From Anaeramoeba ignava BMAN (lineage: Eukaryota > Protista > Anaeramoebae), in assembly GCA_028826165.1 (NCBI GenBank), contig JAPDFW010000092.1, forward strand, positions 930,001 through 994,000: DNA of 64,000 nucleotides, read 5' to 3'. The position numbers were made by a program, and so were the translations under genes. Shown here one piece after another: positions 61,901-64,000 of this stretch (within the stretch, counting starts at the first letter, position 1; each line of letters opens with the position of its first letter). The notes beneath the pieces are model-generated. The model was not told the DNA's origin and ran no database searches. It saw only the letters and a program-made list of their open reading frames with translations.

Positions 61901-64000
61901 AAATATTTATATAAAATATTTATATACAAAAAAATATAAAATCTTCTTGAAGAGATATAAAGAAAAATCTTCATATTTTTAAACATCGTTTCTGGAAAAA
62001 GGTTATATATATAAATATATATAAAATATTAAAATATTCATATAAAATATATAAAATATATAAAATAAATATTTATAAAATTTATAAAATCTTCATATAA
62101 AAATATATAAAATATTTGTAAATATTTATAAAATATTTATATAAAATATTTATATAAAATATATAAAATATTCATATAAAATATTTATAAAATATTTATA
62201 AAATATTTATAAAATATTTATAAAATATTTATATAAAATATTTATATAAAAAATATATAAAATCTTCATATAAAATCTTCATATAAAAAATATATAAAAT
62301 ATTTATATAAAAAATATATAAAATATTTAAATAAAATATTCATAAAATATTTAAATAAAATATTCATAAAATATTTATATAAAATATTTATATAAAATAT
62401 TTATATAAAATCTTCATATAAAATATATATAAAATATTTACATAAAATATTCATATAAAATCTTCATATAAAATAGGCTCACCTCCTCCAATAATTTATT
62501 CGCAATTTATCATATCAGAATACAGACTAAGTGCTGTTTTTATTGACGTCTTGGATGCAAGATTTAAAGAAGGATTTATTTTATATAAATTTAATATTAA
62601 ATCAGAAGATGAACTGGAATTCGATATCCCAATAAGATGTGAAACTCTCCAAATTGATCTTGGCCTTCATTGGCTAAATGGAGCAAAATTAATTTATAGA
62701 GTAGAACAAAAAAGAAGAATTGTTGCAAAAAATTACGAGGATATGAACAAATACGCATTTTCAATGGAACTTCTTCAAATATCAATCATTTTGCATTCAG
62801 ATTTAAATTTCATCGATCATTTCAGAAATTCATATCCAAATGAAACCCCAGTTGGATCAGCATCTAAATTGAACAACTTTATAGATTCAATCATGGAAAC
62901 AGACAATCTTTTAACAAGATTACACAATTTCGCAAGCAACCAATTTTTGGAAGCTTTGCCAATAGATACATTCCTTTCAGGAACACCAAAAAATCAATGG
63001 CATTATTGCTTTACAATTGACAAATTTAGCGTGATTTTAAATACGCCTGATAAAATCACTCTTGAACACTGCAATCCACAAAAACTCAACGAACATTTCA
63101 ACCATTTATATGATGGATTGCAGAAATTTTTCAAGAAATGGGGGAAAAATTTGGATAAAAATTTATTTTTAAAAGTGTCAAGAAATTTGAATGAAAAAAC
63201 ACCGATTCAAATATCACTCTCTTCATACTATAAATATCAAGAAGAGAAGCAAAAAAGAGAGGCAGGAATGAATATCGAAGATTTGGAATATCAAGCAAAC
63301 ATGAATCAAAACACAGGATTAAGAAGGAATTTTGAAAGTGGGAAAATCCCACCATTTTCACTGGATCACCAACAAGGACTTCCATTTTGTGTTGTAAAAT
63401 TATTGAGGAACCCGAATAGTGTTGTTGAAATATTCATGGGCTTTTATGGGTTATCATCCTTGGAAACATTGAAAATTTCTCGGCAAGAATTGAAGAAGGA
63501 AATGACAAACATTAAGTCATTGAAAGAAGACAAATCAATATTCAAATCCATGCCGAGTTTCCTCACAATGAATGTGAAAAGTGAAGAGGACGATTTTGCC
63601 AAGACAACATTGTGGCCGTTTTATTTCTGTGAAAGAAATACTGGGCCTTTGATAAGTTCTTTTCGCGATATTGAACAGAAAACAAAGAAATCGCGAATAT
63701 TTGATTTGGATGAAGAAGATCAAAACTCAAAATTACAAAGAGAGAAAATCAATATGAACATGAACATGAATATGAATATGAATATGAATATCAACATAAA
63801 TAACAACGCAAATAATAAAATTGGGAAACAAGTACTTTTGCAAAATGAAATTACTGCGCAACAAACAAAAAAAATAATAAATGAAACAAATAGTGTAAAT
63901 GATAGTAAAAATAGTAGTATAACTGACAGTATTATCGATATCATCAATGACAGCGGGAACAATAGCGCCAACGAAAGCCTCTCCAATAGTATCAAAAGCA
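58910..64000 (+). CDS. SZT2: SZT2-like KICSTOR subunit, 5' part; continues beyond the window
   Basis: RLHWFINHL, YRVVVSLDLSRS...ILFDE, FNPVIYLTIIA, IVQG, ALSLLP..ACPIIIHFTDGV, RMDVSCNIIQVG, FGFVADVDSLHFLAHSTKG, FPWKGSPPP, RFKEGF. Exons 58910-59095, 59199-59489, 60909-61623, 62477 onward. Confidence 0.85.
59490..60908 (+). repeat. SZT2 intron 2 (1.4 kb) of (AAAATC/AAAATT)n
   Basis: TAG acceptor at 60908; the donor reads GCTAAAT at 59490. Confidence 0.85.
61624..62476 (+). repeat. SZT2 intron 3 with (ATAAAATATTY)n and degraded exon-3 fragments
   Basis: GTTAAT donor at 61624, TAG acceptor at 62476; splicing restores WK-G-SPPP. Confidence 0.85.

Noticed and set aside
1-64000. Inteins, transposons, rRNA or tRNA genes
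   Set aside because: No C...HN-C/S/T intein with LAGLIDADG motifs, no transposase or RT motifs, no terminal repeats and no structured RNA recognised by eye; a covariance search was not possible.
1-64000. Alternative genetic code or stop-codon reassignment
   Set aside because: Long conserved exons translate with the standard code, and TAA, TAG and TGA all end genes; internal stops are explained by introns or single indels.

Overview
Very AT-rich, gene-dense eukaryotic (protist) genomic DNA with GT-AG spliceosomal introns. The ankyrin-BTB gene, the N/Q/E/K low-complexity inserts and a Trichomonas-like TCATTT initiator suggest a metamonad such as Anaeramoeba; this is inference only. Splicing the ORFs by hand gives about 17 genes: a partial gene at the left edge, MON2, a CTD small phosphatase, Furry/Tao3, a GH25 lysozyme, two tandem paralogs built from SCAB-like PH domains (one with a CH-like N-terminus), an XRN exoribonuclease, a small orphan, a DHHC palmitoyltransferase, a Vti1-like protein without a recognisable SNARE motif, PNO1, an intronless orphan with a bacterial/phage look, LSm3, LUC7, an ankyrin-BTB-BTB protein, a GDA1/CD39 apyrase, a small ankyrin protein and the 5' part of SZT2. 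Main non-routine signals: (1) most introns are ~55-110 nt but about eleven are inflated to 0.3-2.4 kb, each by its own nearly AG-free satellite; (2) degraded 'ghost' copies of neighbouring exons lie inside two such introns; (3) a 102-bp ankyrin array varies at DARPin-like binding positions and is fused to BTB domains; (4) a strand-specific TCATTT motif precedes almost every ATG; (5) a 2.1-kb TTCCACTTT array whose core also occurs as dispersed single copies; (6) a possible GC-AG intron in SZT2. Several frameshifts fall in homopolymers or repeats and are probably consensus errors. No rRNA, tRNA, CRISPR, transposase or intein was recognised.
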